Below, in pieces: positions 26,211 through 39,659 of a DNA stretch of 40,624 nucleotides. The notes below the pieces were generated by a model. It made no database searches and was not told where the DNA came from. It saw nothing but the letters and a program-made list of their open reading frames with translations. Source of the DNA: Patescibacteria group bacterium (GTDB taxonomy: Bacteria; Patescibacteriota; Minisyncoccia; 2-02-FULL-40-12; GWA2-44-9); NCBI GenBank assembly GCA_038062135.1, contig JBBTXT010000003.1, positions 1 to 40,624 of the forward strand. The letters are read 5' to 3'. The translations under genes and the position numbers were made by a program. Numbering within the stretch: position 1 is the first letter of the stretch; each line of letters starts with the position of its first letter.

Positions 26211-27305
26211 CTAGCGCTTGAAAACCTTGGGACCCATTTCGCCTTTCATGGGTTCAGCCTCGGCAAGGGCGGCGGCGACATTAATTTTATCGCGCAGTTC
26301 CTTTTTGAGTTTCGGGTTATCTTTCAATGCCTTTCGAGTACTCTCCATCCCCTGACCGATTTTTTCTCCGTTGTAGGAATACCAGGAGCCTTGTTTTTCC
26401 ACGATGCCGTAGTTGATTCCGGTGTTGATGATGTCCGCTTCGCCGGAGATGCCCTCGTTGTAGAGAATATCAAACTCACAGGTGCGGAACGGTGGAGCAA
26501 CTTTGTTTTTAACAATCTTAATTTTTACCCGATTACCGACAATTTTTTCACCCGATTGAATCTGGGCCGCCCGGCGGATTTCAATACGCACTGAAGAATA
26601 GAACTTAAGGGCCAGACCTCCGGTGGTTGTTTCGGGGTTGCCGAACATGATGCCGATTTTTTGGCGAATCTGGTTGATGAATAAAACGGTGGTGTTGGTC
26701 TTGGCAACAATAGCCGTGAGTTTACGCAAGGCATGGCTCATGAGACGAGCCTGAAGACCGACATGCTGTTGGTCCATCTCACCTTCAATTTCGGCGCGCG
26801 GGGTAAGCGCCGCCACCGAGTCTATAACCACAATTGAAATGCCGCCCGATTTTACGAGGGTCTCAACGATTTCAAGCGCCTGCTCGCCAGTATCCGGTTG
26901 TGAGATAAGTAAGTCTTGTATCTTTACGCCGATTTTTTTCGCATATTCGGGATCAAGCGCGTGTTCGGCGTCTACATATGCCGCTACGCCGCCGGCTTTT
27001 TGTACTTCGGAAACAATATGCAACGCAAGGGTAGTTTTGCCGGACGATTCCGGGCCATACACCTCAATCACGCGTCCGCGCGGAACTCCGCCGACACCAA
27101 GCGCGATATCAAGCGAAATGGATCCGGTCGGTATAACATCCACGTCAACTTTCTTGGCCTCGCCAAGCTTCATTATGGATCCCTCGCCGTATTTCTCCTG
27201 AATCTCCTTGATCGCTAAATCAACTTGCTTATTGCCTGCTGATTTTTCCCGTCCTCCTTGGACGAAGCTCGCCTCTTGGGCGGCTTCGGTTTGCTTTTTT
27301 GCCAT
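26211..27305 (-). CDS. recA: recombinase RecA
   Basis: GSIMKLGE..., [37 protein letters not shown]. Confidence 0.97.
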   Translation of the reverse strand: MAKKQTEAAQEASFVQGGREKSAGNKQVDLAIKEIQEKYGEGSIMKLGEAKKVDVDVIPTGSISLDIALGVGGVPRGRVIEVYGPESSGKTTLALHIVSEVQKAGGVAAYVDAEHALDPEYAKKIGVKIQDLLISQPDTGEQALEIVETLVKSGGISIVVIDSVAALTPRAEIEGEMDQQHVGLQARLMSHALRKLTAIVAKTNTTVLFINQIRQKIGIMFGNPETTTGGLALKFYSSVRIEIRRAAQIQSGEKIVGNRVKIKIVKNKVAPPFRTCEFDILYNEGISGEADIINTGINYGIVEKQGSWYSYNGEKIGQGMESTRKALKDNPKLKKELRDKINVAAALAEAEPMKGEMGPKVFKR

Positions 27306-27317
27306 ATGAATTAATTA

Positions 27318-29546
27318 TTAAACTTCTTCGTTCTCTGCTTCTTTTGAATCGGCATTCACGCCGGTCACGCCGTAGTGCTGGGGGATGCTGGTAGCTGCCA
27401 GCGAGGCATCGGGACGGCCTCCAATCTCACCTGGCTTAATATACACCTCGCGAGGCTTGGCGCCGTCGCCTGGGCCGATAATACCCTTCTCTTCAAGGAT
27501 ATCAAGCAGGCGAGCCGCACGGGCGTATCCAAGGCCAAGGCGGCGCTGGAGAAGCGATGCGGAGGCCTTGCCCATCTCAATTACCATACGCTTTGCATCT
27601 TCGTATTTATCGTCATCAACGTTGTCACTACCGTAACCGCCATGGCCGTTGCTTCCGGAAGCATTTTCAAAATCAACCTGTATGTTTGTGTCGGCAAGCT
27701 CACCAGCCAGCTTCTCCCCCTGCGCCGCAAGGAACGAAACAACTTCCTTTACTTCGTTCTCGGTGACATTCGGACCTTGAACGCGGCGCGGCTTTGAGCT
27801 TTCGTTGGATACAAACAGCATGTCGCCTTTTCCAAGCAAACGTTCCGCTCCGGCCATATCTAAGATGGTACGCGAGTCAATCTGGCTTGCCACCTGAAGC
27901 GCAATGCGGGATGTAATGTTGGCCTTGATAAGGCCGGTAATAACTTCTACCGACGGGCGTTGGGTGGAAAGAATAAGATGTATACCTACAGCGCGCGACA
28001 TCTGCGCCAAGCGTACGATTGCCGTTTCAACATCGCGTCCGTATGTGGCCATGAGGTCCGCCATTTCGTCTATCACAATGACCAGCATCGGCATGAACGG
28101 TTCTTTCTTCTCAGCCATCTTGGCGTTGTAAGTAAGAATGTCGCGAGTAGCCGCCTTGGAAAGCAGTTCGTAGCGGCGATCCATTTCGTTTACCGCCCAC
28201 TTGAGGGCACCCATGACTTTTTTGGTATCCGTGATAACGGGCGTGATGAGATGGGGAATATTGTTGTAGAGGGACAGCTCTACGCGCTTTGGATCAACGA
28301 GGATTAATTTAAGAACGTCCGGAGAGTGTTTATACAAAAGCGACATCAAGATTGAGTTGATGACGACAGATTTTCCACTACCGGTGGCGCCAGCGACCAA
28401 AAGGTGCGGCATTTTTTCAAGGCCGGCATAAATCGGATTACCGGACACGTCGCGCCCGATTGCAATCGGTAGAAAATATTTAGACTTCGTGAATTCGTCG
28501 TGCTCAAACATACTCTTAAGGCCAAGGATTGCAGTTTTCTTGTTGGGAACCTCAATACCGATCAAGGACTTACCAGGTATGGGCGCCTCAATGCGGATTG
28601 GATGCGCGGCAAGCGCAAGTGAAAGGTCGGGGTGTAAAGCGCTGATTCTGGATAGCTTTACACCCACAGCCGGACGGAGGGTGTATTGGGTTACAGTGGG
28701 ACCAATGGACACCTCACCCATTTCCACATCAATGCCAAAGTGCGCCAGCGTGCGGCGGATAATCATCGCGTTAGCGTTAATATCGCCCGAAGAAGCGTCG
28801 TTCTGGTCTTCATTCATCAGGTCAAGTGGCGGAAGTTTCCAGGTGCCAAGTTTGACGTTTTTTATAACAAACTCCTCCATTCTTTCTTCTCTCGCCTGCT
28901 TTGCCTTGAGTGCATTTGCATTAGGTTGCATAGACGACTGCGCAACGCTTACCGGCGCCGGATTGGTAACTAAAGGTTTAATGGAAACCGGCTTATCTTC
29001 CATCTCTTTTTTATTCTCTTCTTCCTTTTGAGGCAGGAGTCCGTGAATAGGCACATTGAGAGAAAGAAGCAGAGAAACTATAAGCAGGCCGACAAGGATA
29101 ATCAAAGCGGCTATAAAGCCGACCAGCATTAAAAGCGGCCATCCAAGCGCCACACCAAGGTATCCGCCCTGGGCTACCCGCGTGGCAAAATCCCCTTCGC
29201 CGACGATAAATAAAATGCCCAGCGAAGAAAGTGTAAATAAAGCCGTACCCAATACTGCGCTTAATGCTATCTGGCGGTGGATAGATTTAATAAATGCCGC
29301 GCCCAAAAGCACAAACGCAACCGAAACAATAAAGAAGCCCCAGCCAAAAAGCGAGCGTGCGATCGCATTAATAAATTCTCCCGCCGCACCAGCCTTGCCG
29401 GCAAAGCTTAAAACGGCGACTACCGCCACCAAAAAGCTCGCAATACCGAGAATGCTGTTTTTTGTCTCCTGGGAAATATCCAGCCATCCGCCATCGTCAT
29501 GTGAATGCGAAGATGTGTTTTTGCCGTTCTTTTTAGGCCGTGCCAT
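27318..29546 (-). CDS. ftsK: DNA translocase FtsK/SpoIIIE
   Basis: N-terminal multi-TM region, Walker A VAGATGSGKSV, LVIVIDEMADL, and a C-terminal winged-helix gamma domain (...ASASLLQRRLGLGYARAARLLDILEEKGIIG). Confidence 0.93.
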   Translation of the reverse strand: MARPKKNGKNTSSHSHDDGGWLDISQETKNSILGIASFLVAVVAVLSFAGKAGAAGEFINAIARSLFGWGFFIVSVAFVLLGAAFIKSIHRQIALSAVLGTALFTLSSLGILFIVGEGDFATRVAQGGYLGVALGWPLLMLVGFIAALIILVGLLIVSLLLSLNVPIHGLLPQKEEENKKEMEDKPVSIKPLVTNPAPVSVAQSSMQPNANALKAKQAREERMEEFVIKNVKLGTWKLPPLDLMNEDQNDASSGDINANAMIIRRTLAHFGIDVEMGEVSIGPTVTQYTLRPAVGVKLSRISALHPDLSLALAAHPIRIEAPIPGKSLIGIEVPNKKTAILGLKSMFEHDEFTKSKYFLPIAIGRDVSGNPIYAGLEKMPHLLVAGATGSGKSVVINSILMSLLYKHSPDVLKLILVDPKRVELSLYNNIPHLITPVITDTKKVMGALKWAVNEMDRRYELLSKAATRDILTYNAKMAEKKEPFMPMLVIVIDEMADLMATYGRDVETAIVRLAQMSRAVGIHLILSTQRPSVEVITGLIKANITSRIALQVASQIDSRTILDMAGAERLLGKGDMLFVSNESSKPRRVQGPNVTENEVKEVVSFLAAQGEKLAGELADTNIQVDFENASGSNGHGGYGSDNVDDDKYEDAKRMVIEMGKASASLLQRRLGLGYARAARLLDILEEKGIIGPGDGAKPREVYIKPGEIGGRPDASLAATSIPQHYGVTGVNADSKEAENEEV

Positions 29547-29630
29547 ATGGATAAAACGAGTATAAAAGACTGACTAATTATATCCCTTGTGAAGCACAGC
29601 GCAAGGCAAAACTTAGGATATTTTAATATA

Positions 29631-29659
29631 TTGACTTGGTCGGTATAAAGGTGTATAGT
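29631..29659 (+). promoter_or_regulatory. near-consensus promoter for the receiver-like cassette gene
   Basis: TTGACT (29631-29636), 17 nt, TATAGT (29654-29659). Confidence 0.55.
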
Positions 29660-29679
29660 ATATGCATCAGGAGGATGAC

Positions 29680-30033
29680 ATGATCGGAGTTTTGGTGGTG
29701 CACAAAGAAGAGGGCACGCGCAAGCTGATCAGGGACATGATCATCGTGCGGGGGGACGAGTACGAAGTGGTGATGACCGAAAACGCTGGTCGCGCCCTAG
29801 AAGCGATCTATGATGACCAGTCCATCAGCCTCGCCATAGTGGACTTCCAGGCCATCTGGCCAGACTGCGGAGTCTTCGCCGAGGGCGCCAAGATGTTTAG
29901 GCGGAACGTCGTCATCGCCCTCGCCGTGGATGACCCGGACGAAGGCGGCGACCGGGTGGACATCAAATTCAAGATGATGGACCTGCCGGCTCGCTTGGAC
30001 GAGTTCCTGGCGATGGCCAAGTCGGCGGCCTAG
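29680..30033 (+). CDS. stand-alone degenerate CheY-like receiver-fold protein (117 aa), GC-rich cassette
   Basis: AGGAGG lies 6 nt before the ATG at 29680. The track's ATG at 29662 sits immediately downstream of the -10 box (29654-29659), at or just upstream of the likely transcription start, so it would probably not be on the transcript or would have no SD-bearing leader. IGVLVVHKEEGTRKLIRDMI..YEVVMTENAGRALEAI...SLAIVDF follows the receiver beta1-alpha1-beta2-alpha2-beta3 pattern. The usual DD acid pocket is replaced by HK, while the phospho-acceptor-position Asp is retained. Confidence 0.5.
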   Translation: MIGVLVVHKEEGTRKLIRDMIIVRGDEYEVVMTENAGRALEAIYDDQSISLAIVDFQAIWPDCGVFAEGAKMFRRNVVIALAVDDPDEGGDRVDIKFKMMDLPARLDEFLAMAKSAA

Positions 30034-30051
30034 CCGCCGACGATTGTCCCC

Positions 30052-30102
30052 AAGGGCTTGCTTGACTGCTGAAGAAGCAGTGAGGCAAGCCCTTAACTTT
30101 TT
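30052..30102 (+). terminator. rho-independent terminator of the receiver-like gene
   Basis: AAGGGCTTGC (30052-30061) pairs with GCAAGCCCTT (30085-30094), with a nested CTGC/GCAG hairpin between them, followed by AACTTTTT. Confidence 0.65.
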
Positions 30103-30108
30103 ATAATC

Positions 30109-30166
30109 AAAACATCCCCTTTGCGCCACCGCTAAAGCTTTAGCGACACGCGGTCGGGGATGTTTT
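30109..30166 (-). terminator. composite hairpin downstream of rpoC
   Basis: Outer stem AAAACATCCCC (30109-30119) pairs with GGGGATGTTTT (30156-30166). It encloses a perfect 16-nt palindrome CGCTAAAGCTTTAGCG (30130-30145). A/T tracts flank both sides. Confidence 0.55.
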
Positions 30167-30170
30167 TGTT

Positions 30171-33797
<3,627 letters not shown>

Positions 33798-33814
33798 GGT
33801 TTTTGTGGTAGTGG

Positions 33815-36800
33815 TTAGCGCTCTACAAGTTCAACATTAAGACCAAGACCTTTGATTTCAGACAGCAAGACTTTAAACGATTCCGGCAAATGCGGAGCAA
33901 CGATTTCCTCGCCGTTTACAATGGACTCGTACGTGCGGGCACGGCCAAGGACATCATCCGATTTGATGGTGAGCATTTCCTGGAGCGTATGCGCCGCACC
34001 ATAACCCTCCAACGCCCACACTTCCATTTCTCCAAAACGCTGACCGCCAAACTGCGCTTTACCGCCTAATGGTTGCTGGGTGATAAGCGAGTAAGGACCG
34101 ATGGAGCGCATGTGGATCTTATCTTCCACCATGTGGATCAGTTTCATGAAGTAAGTGATGCCGACGTGACAGGCGCGATGGAACGGTAAACCGGTTTTTC
34201 CATCGTAGAGCTGCATCTTGCCGTCTACCGGATAACCGGCCTTCTCCAGTTCTGCTTTGATGACGTCTTCATTCGGGCCGGCCATAGAAGGCGTCGCGGC
34301 TTTGTATCCAAGTTTCTTGGCCGCCAATGCCAGATGCGATTCATAAATCTGGCCCATGTTCATACGGGAGATGATACCGAACGTGTTGAGTACGATGTCC
34401 ACCGGAGTTCCGTCCGCGAGGAACGGCATTTCTTCATCCGGTAAAATCGTTGAGATAACTCCCTTGTTTCCGTGGCGTCCGGCAAGCTTGTCGCCCACCT
34501 GAATCTTGCGGAGCTGGGCCACGGAGACTTCAATGCGCTTGATAACGCCGGCGTCTAGCTTATCGCCCGCATCGCGCGAGAAAATTTTAACGCCGACAAC
34601 GCGTCCGACTTTGCCGTAGTCAAGTTTAAGTGAGGTGTCTTTAACATCACGCGACTTGTCTCCGAAGATGGCACGGAGCAAACGCTCTTCAGCGGTCAGG
34701 TCGCTTTCGCCTTTTGGAGAAATTTTACCGACTAAAATGTCTTGAGAGCGAACCTCGGCTCCGATACGGACAATGCCGTCGGCATCCAAATCAGCCAAGC
34801 GTTCCATGGCGATATTTGGAATGTCATAGGTCATCATTTCCGGACCAAGCTTAGTTTCACGAACATCAACCGTGTAGTTTTCAATATGAATAGAAGAGAA
34901 GACGTCTTCTTTTACCAACCTCTGGGATAAAACAACGGCGTCTTCATAAGTGGCGCCTTCAAATGACATGTAGGCAACCACGAGGTTTTTACCGAGCGCC
35001 AGCTCGCCCTGCTCTGTAGACGGACCGTCGGCAAGTACTTGACCCTTCTTAACCTTTTGGCCCTTTTCAACGATTGGCCGTTGGTTTAAGCAGGTAAAGG
35101 CGTTCGAGCGGGCAAACTTCAAGAGATCAAATTCAAACTTGTGGCCTTTTTCGCTTTCTAAAACAATATGTGAAGCGTCTACCTCTTTGATCACACCGCT
35201 TTCCGGCGCAATAACCACCAAGCCAGAGTCAACGGCAACTTTGCCCTCAAGACCGGTTCCAACGTACGGAGACTCCGGCATGATCAACGGCACCGACTGG
35301 CGTTGCATGTTTGAACCCATGAGCGCGCGGTTGGCGTCATCATGCTCAAGGAATGGAATAAGCGAAGTCGCCACCGAGAACTGTTGTCGGGGTGAAATAT
35401 CTATAAAATCAATCTCTTTCGGATCGGCGGTGCTTGGTTCTCCGTGAATACGAGCTTCAACGATCGGACCGACAAGGCGCCGTTTTTCATCAATCTCAAC
35501 GGCCGCTTCGGCAATAATGTGGCGTTCTTCTTCAACGGCATCTACATATACGACCTCATCAGTGACAACGCCGTTTTTTACTTTGGCGTACGGGGTAAGA
35601 ATAAAACCGAGCGGGGAGATTTTTGCGTAGAGCGCTAGGTGGCCTACCAAACCGATGTTTGGGCCTTCCGGAGTAGCGATTGGACAAATGCGGCCGTAGT
35701 GAGACGGGTGCACATCACGGACTTCAAAACTCGCGCGCTCTTTGGTCAAACCGCCGGGACCCATAGCCGACAAACGGCGCTTGTGCTCAAGCTCGGCTAG
35801 CGGGTTGTGCTGATCCATAAACTGCGAGAGCTGGCCGGATGAGAAGAATTCTTTAAGCGCGGCTACAAGCGGACGGGCGTTTATAAGCTGGGACGGCAGA
35901 ACCGTAGCCGTGTCGGATGTGCTCATGCGGTCTTTAATATTGCGCTCCATACGAGCGAACGCGATTCGCAACCGATCCTGCAAAAGCTCGCCCAGCGTTT
36001 TAACGCGGCGGTTTCCAAGGTGATCAATGTTGTCAGGCTGGGCCTGCGGGTTGTTGTTAAGCCGGATTATTTCCTTAAGAATATGAATAACGTCTTCTTT
36101 GCGCAGAACACGACTGGTGCGATCTTCAACATTCAGCTCCTCCGAGAATCGCTTATTCATGCGGAAACGCCCGACCTTGGAAAGGTCATAACGCGCCGGA
36201 TTGAAAAATAGGTTTTGAATAAGCTGGCGAGCGGTATCCGGCGTGGCCGGGTCACCCGGGCGAATACGCTTATACATTTCAATCAAGCCCTCATCCTCGT
36301 TTGAAGACGGATCCTGTAAAATGGTCGCCAGAATATATTTTGTGTTCTCGTCGGTATCTACGTCGGAGAATATCTTTTTTAACTCCTCATCTTTGCCGAC
36401 GCCAATCGCGCGCAGGAGAGCAGTCGCCGGAACCTTGCGCTTTCGATCCACACGAACACTGATAACCCCGTTAAATTCGGTTTCAAATTCCAGCCAAGCG
36501 CCTCGCGAAGGAATTAATTTGGCGCCGAAAAACCGCTTATAGCGGCTTGATCGTGATAATGAGAATAATGCTCCCGGGCTGCGAATGAGCTGTGAAATAA
36601 CCACACGCTCAACGCCATTTATAATAAAGGTTCCGCGAGGGGTCATGAGGGGCAGATCAGCTACAAATAATTCCTGCTCACGCTCCTGGCCGGTGCGTTT
36701 ATTTTTAAGAAGAACTTTAAGTTTTAAAGGCGCTTCATACGAGCTGTTGCGCTCTGTGGCCGTGCGCTCGTCATACTTCGGCTCCTCAATCTTGAAATCC

Positions 36801-36970
36801 AAAAAACGAAGTTCCTGTTCTTTTCCCGTCCAATCCTCAATGGCCGCAACATCGCCCAAAAGTTCCTTGAGACCGTATTTCAAAAACCATTCGTAGGAAT
36901 CAAGCTGAACCTGAACCAGGTTGGGAGCTTCAAAGCTGTCTACCGGGTATTTTGAGAATATTTTTCGCAT
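33815..36970 (-). CDS. rpoB: DNA-directed RNA polymerase subunit beta
   Basis: LVQVQLDSYEWFL, GTFIINGVERVVISQL, GRHGNKGVIS, LGGKAQFGGQRFGEMEVWALE; a compact 1051 aa. Confidence 0.98.
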   Translation of the reverse strand: MRKIFSKYPVDSFEAPNLVQVQLDSYEWFLKYGLKELLGDVAAIEDWTGKEQELRFLDFKIEEPKYDERTATERNSSYEAPLKLKVLLKNKRTGQEREQELFVADLPLMTPRGTFIINGVERVVISQLIRSPGALFSLSRSSRYKRFFGAKLIPSRGAWLEFETEFNGVISVRVDRKRKVPATALLRAIGVGKDEELKKIFSDVDTDENTKYILATILQDPSSNEDEGLIEMYKRIRPGDPATPDTARQLIQNLFFNPARYDLSKVGRFRMNKRFSEELNVEDRTSRVLRKEDVIHILKEIIRLNNNPQAQPDNIDHLGNRRVKTLGELLQDRLRIAFARMERNIKDRMSTSDTATVLPSQLINARPLVAALKEFFSSGQLSQFMDQHNPLAELEHKRRLSAMGPGGLTKERASFEVRDVHPSHYGRICPIATPEGPNIGLVGHLALYAKISPLGFILTPYAKVKNGVVTDEVVYVDAVEEERHIIAEAAVEIDEKRRLVGPIVEARIHGEPSTADPKEIDFIDISPRQQFSVATSLIPFLEHDDANRALMGSNMQRQSVPLIMPESPYVGTGLEGKVAVDSGLVVIAPESGVIKEVDASHIVLESEKGHKFEFDLLKFARSNAFTCLNQRPIVEKGQKVKKGQVLADGPSTEQGELALGKNLVVAYMSFEGATYEDAVVLSQRLVKEDVFSSIHIENYTVDVRETKLGPEMMTYDIPNIAMERLADLDADGIVRIGAEVRSQDILVGKISPKGESDLTAEERLLRAIFGDKSRDVKDTSLKLDYGKVGRVVGVKIFSRDAGDKLDAGVIKRIEVSVAQLRKIQVGDKLAGRHGNKGVISTILPDEEMPFLADGTPVDIVLNTFGIISRMNMGQIYESHLALAAKKLGYKAATPSMAGPNEDVIKAELEKAGYPVDGKMQLYDGKTGLPFHRACHVGITYFMKLIHMVEDKIHMRSIGPYSLITQQPLGGKAQFGGQRFGEMEVWALEGYGAAHTLQEMLTIKSDDVLGRARTYESIVNGEEIVAPHLPESFKVLLSEIKGLGLNVELVER

Positions 36971-37200
36971 AGACGATAAAACGCGGCACGGTTAACGTGC
37001 GCTTGGCCAGGAACTTATATTATTGTCGGGTTGGGATGGAAGACACGCTGGTGAGTGGGATGCACAGCGCAGGCAATCCCGCGGCTTTCAGGAGCCGTTT
37101 CGGGGCCTGCTTCCATTGATTACTTTGAGACAAGCACTAAATTGTATGACGGTCTCAAAATCTACAATGACCGGTGGGGGTTATAGGGGTTAAAAAGCGC

Positions 37201-37479
37201 CTATTCCATGGCGCAGACGACAGTTCTGGCTATTCTATATGCCAAACTGTTTTTGTCAATAACCCCGCCGATCCGTACCTTATTCAAAGACGATGGGTCT
37301 ATTCTATTCTTTTTTAATAGTTTGTCAATAGTGTCTATCAACAGGGTTTCAAGATTATTGTCAAACGAGAAATCCACATGCCCGACAGCCTCTTTTCCAA
37401 TACCAAGAACGACCAAAACATGATGATCCGGCTCAAATATTATTGAGATAATGGGTTTTGTTTTAGAGTGATGAGCCAT
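37201..37479 (-). CDS. short TsaB/YeaZ N-terminal-like protein (92 aa), tentative
   Basis: LLIDTIDKLLKKNRIDPSSLNKVRIGGVIDKNSLAYRIARTVVCA resembles the TsaB segment ...ILPMVQDIL...L.DI.A.A...GPGSFTGVRIG...A.GLA from memory. The C-terminal half of TsaB is absent. It overlaps the ftsW/rodA stop by 17 nt. Confidence 0.35.
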   Translation of the reverse strand: MAHHSKTKPIISIIFEPDHHVLVVLGIGKEAVGHVDFSFDNNLETLLIDTIDKLLKKNRIDPSSLNKVRIGGVIDKNSLAYRIARTVVCAME

Positions 37480-38587
37480 GTCGTTTTATGCCTTGCACAA
37501 TACCTATTCCAATACCGAGTGCGAGCCAGTGGCTGCCCCCGTAGCTTAGGAATGAAAATGGCAAACCCGTGATGGGCAGAATGCCTAAATTAACAGATGC
37601 GTTTACAAACACATGCGTTCCAATAAATAAAGTAATTCCGAGACAACACAACTTTGCAAAATTGTTTTCTGACCTTTGAGCAATGCTCATGATACGCATC
37701 AGCAGAATAATTATCAAGGTCAGTATGACGGCAACACCCACTAATCCGAATTGTTCCGCCAAGGCCGCGAAAGCAAAGTCGTTATAAGCTTCTGGTAGAA
37801 ACCCCAGGCTTGCCTGCGTCCCCTGGCCGAGCCCTTTTCCAAACCACCCGCCGGATCCAATCGCTATTTTTGATTGGATAATGTTGTAGCCAATACCAGT
37901 CGGATCTTTATAAGGATCAACGAATGCGAGAATACGGTCCCGTTGGTAAGGAGCAAGACCAAATTGCCATGCCAGCGCAGCGACCACTATTCCCGCACCG
38001 AGCAATAAGGCTAAATGCCGTTTATTTATTCCGGCTGCCAATAGCATCCCCAGCCAGATTGCCACCAGTACTGCTGACGATCCTAAGTCCGGCTGCGCTA
38101 AAATAATTACCAAGGGAATGCCCAAATAAACTCCCGAAGCCACGATGTGCCTGAAAAGGCTAATGTGCGTGTGACGCTGGGAAAAGTATTTAGCCATCAC
38201 GATAATCAGCGCGAGTTTTACAAGTTCCGATGGTTCCAGCGAAAATCCACCGAACAGTATCCACGCCCGAGTTCCGCGAATTGAAGGTGACAACAGGGTA
38301 ACGAGTAATAATATGATCCCGACGAAATACGCCGCTAGAACCGGAGCAGAATAATTCTTCAGGTACCGGTAGTTAAAAAATGAAACTCCAACGGCAACAA
38401 GAATAGCAACAACGATGGTCACCACGTGACGTCCAAAAAATGCTGAACTGATTCCACCCACTCCAAACAGGGTTATTATGCTTATTACAGAGAGCGCAAG
38501 AAAAGCGCCCCAAAGAGGCGCATCGGTATTCGCCAAATAGGAGCTAACGACCCTCGTAATACTGCTGGAATTTTTCTTGAGTTCCAT
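37463..38587 (-). CDS. FtsW/RodA/SpoVE-family peptidoglycan polymerase (SEDS)
   Basis: About 10 TM segments, ...LQPSELVKLALII-like (FSLEPSELVKLALIIVMAKYF), PDLGSSAVL, and PITGLPFSFLSYGGS. The start is set at ATG 38585-38587 (MELKKNSS...) rather than the Cys/Arg-rich track extension to 38680. Confidence 0.88.
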   Translation of the reverse strand: MELKKNSSSITRVVSSYLANTDAPLWGAFLALSVISIITLFGVGGISSAFFGRHVVTIVVAILVAVGVSFFNYRYLKNYSAPVLAAYFVGIILLLVTLLSPSIRGTRAWILFGGFSLEPSELVKLALIIVMAKYFSQRHTHISLFRHIVASGVYLGIPLVIILAQPDLGSSAVLVAIWLGMLLAAGINKRHLALLLGAGIVVAALAWQFGLAPYQRDRILAFVDPYKDPTGIGYNIIQSKIAIGSGGWFGKGLGQGTQASLGFLPEAYNDFAFAALAEQFGLVGVAVILTLIIILLMRIMSIAQRSENNFAKLCCLGITLFIGTHVFVNASVNLGILPITGLPFSFLSYGGSHWLALGIGIGIVQGIKRHGSSL

Positions 38588-39377
38588 AACGCCGGATAAA
38601 ATTTTCGTTGCTAAACAGATCGGCTCCGGCCTGAATGCGAGTTTTGGCGGGCATACCCGGCAACAGTGTCGGCCACACAACCTTGAAGTAGCGCTCAGTA
38701 CGCGAAGCTACCGTGCGAAGCTCTGTAGTATTTACGCCAAGGACTTTTTCATTGGCGTCCAGAACTACGACCACAACATCAACCGTGTTGAAGTCAAAAT
38801 CGGAGTCGTTAAATACCACACCCTCAAACTGACTAGCTGCGCCGGGAGTTCTAGATTCGGTAAAGCTTTCCCTCCTCAACGGAAAGTTTACCAAAAGCCC
38901 GTCGGGAGTGACTTTTTCCCAAACCGCTTCGGTTATGGCAATAGAAGCGGAAACTGCGCCCGGTTCTGCCTTGATTGAAGAGCGAACCAGGAATTTTGTC
39001 TGGGCTGGTGCAATATAGAACACGCCCGGCTCGCTTGCAATAAGCTTACCGTCCTGGTCGGTCAAGGTGATGACATACCCGATTTTAGAGGACCCGTAGA
39101 TATTGTTAGGATTCACAATTTCAGAAACAACGTCGTAGTCGCCCGATCCGACCGCCAAAAGTTGGGTTGACTTCACTTGCGGAGCAACCGGCGCCGGATC
39201 ACAAAGAACGCCGCAAACCGTTCCGCAGTCTATGCCTTCTTCTTTTTGATTCTGGATTCCATCAGTACAGGTTGCATCGGGAGTGGCTAAGTCATAGACA
39301 CCGATAGTAACGGCGCCGACAATAATAACATAGAGAAGTCCGACGATCGCCTGTTTCTGCACTCTTGAGATTGACAT
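38544..39377 (-). CDS. TM-anchored extracytoplasmic hypothetical protein with a Cys-rich module (277 aa)
   Basis: The start is set at ATG 39375-39377 (MSISRVQKQAIVGLLYVIIVGAV...), because the track's longer version (to 39440) would run through the 5S terminator hairpin and end only 6 nt from the 5S gene. It contains CTDGIQNQKEEGIDCGTVCGVLCDP followed by a beta-rich domain. No family recognised. Confidence 0.6.
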   Translation of the reverse strand: MSISRVQKQAIVGLLYVIIVGAVTIGVYDLATPDATCTDGIQNQKEEGIDCGTVCGVLCDPAPVAPQVKSTQLLAVGSGDYDVVSEIVNPNNIYGSSKIGYVITLTDQDGKLIASEPGVFYIAPAQTKFLVRSSIKAEPGAVSASIAITEAVWEKVTPDGLLVNFPLRRESFTESRTPGAASQFEGVVFNDSDFDFNTVDVVVVVLDANEKVLGVNTTELRTVASRTERYFKVVWPTLLPGMPAKTRIQAGADLFSNENFIRRYGTQEKFQQYYEGR

Positions 39378-39402
39378 GAGACTAGTATAAATGAAAAGTG
39401 AG

Positions 39403-39430
39403 TAAAAGAAAACGGAGCTTATGCTCCGCT
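39403..39430 (-). terminator. terminator after 5S rRNA
   Basis: The reverse strand reads AGCGGAGC, loop ATAA, GCTCCGTT, then TTCTTTTAC. Confidence 0.55.
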
Positions 39431-39445
39431 TTCTCGTCACAACCA

Positions 39446-39562
39446 GTGTAGGGCAGCTACCTACTTTCGCCGGGAAAACCGACTATCATGGGCCTTACAA
39501 GATTTCACTTCTGAGTTCGAAATGGGATCAGGTGGAGCACTTGCAGTATAGCCGCCTTACAC
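39446..39562 (-). rRNA. rrf: 5S ribosomal RNA
   Basis: The reverse complement contains ...GCTCCACCTGATCCCATTTCGAACTCAGAAGTGAAA..., and helix I closes as GTGTAAGGCGGC / GCTGCCCTACAC. Confidence 0.92.
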
Positions 39563-39659
39563 TAGTTACGACACTCAAGTATTGAAGCTGATTTGATTGA
39601 AGACTTAATTTTATAAGGAACCCGGGCTAAACTCCAGCAAGCTGGAATCGCCCAAAGCG

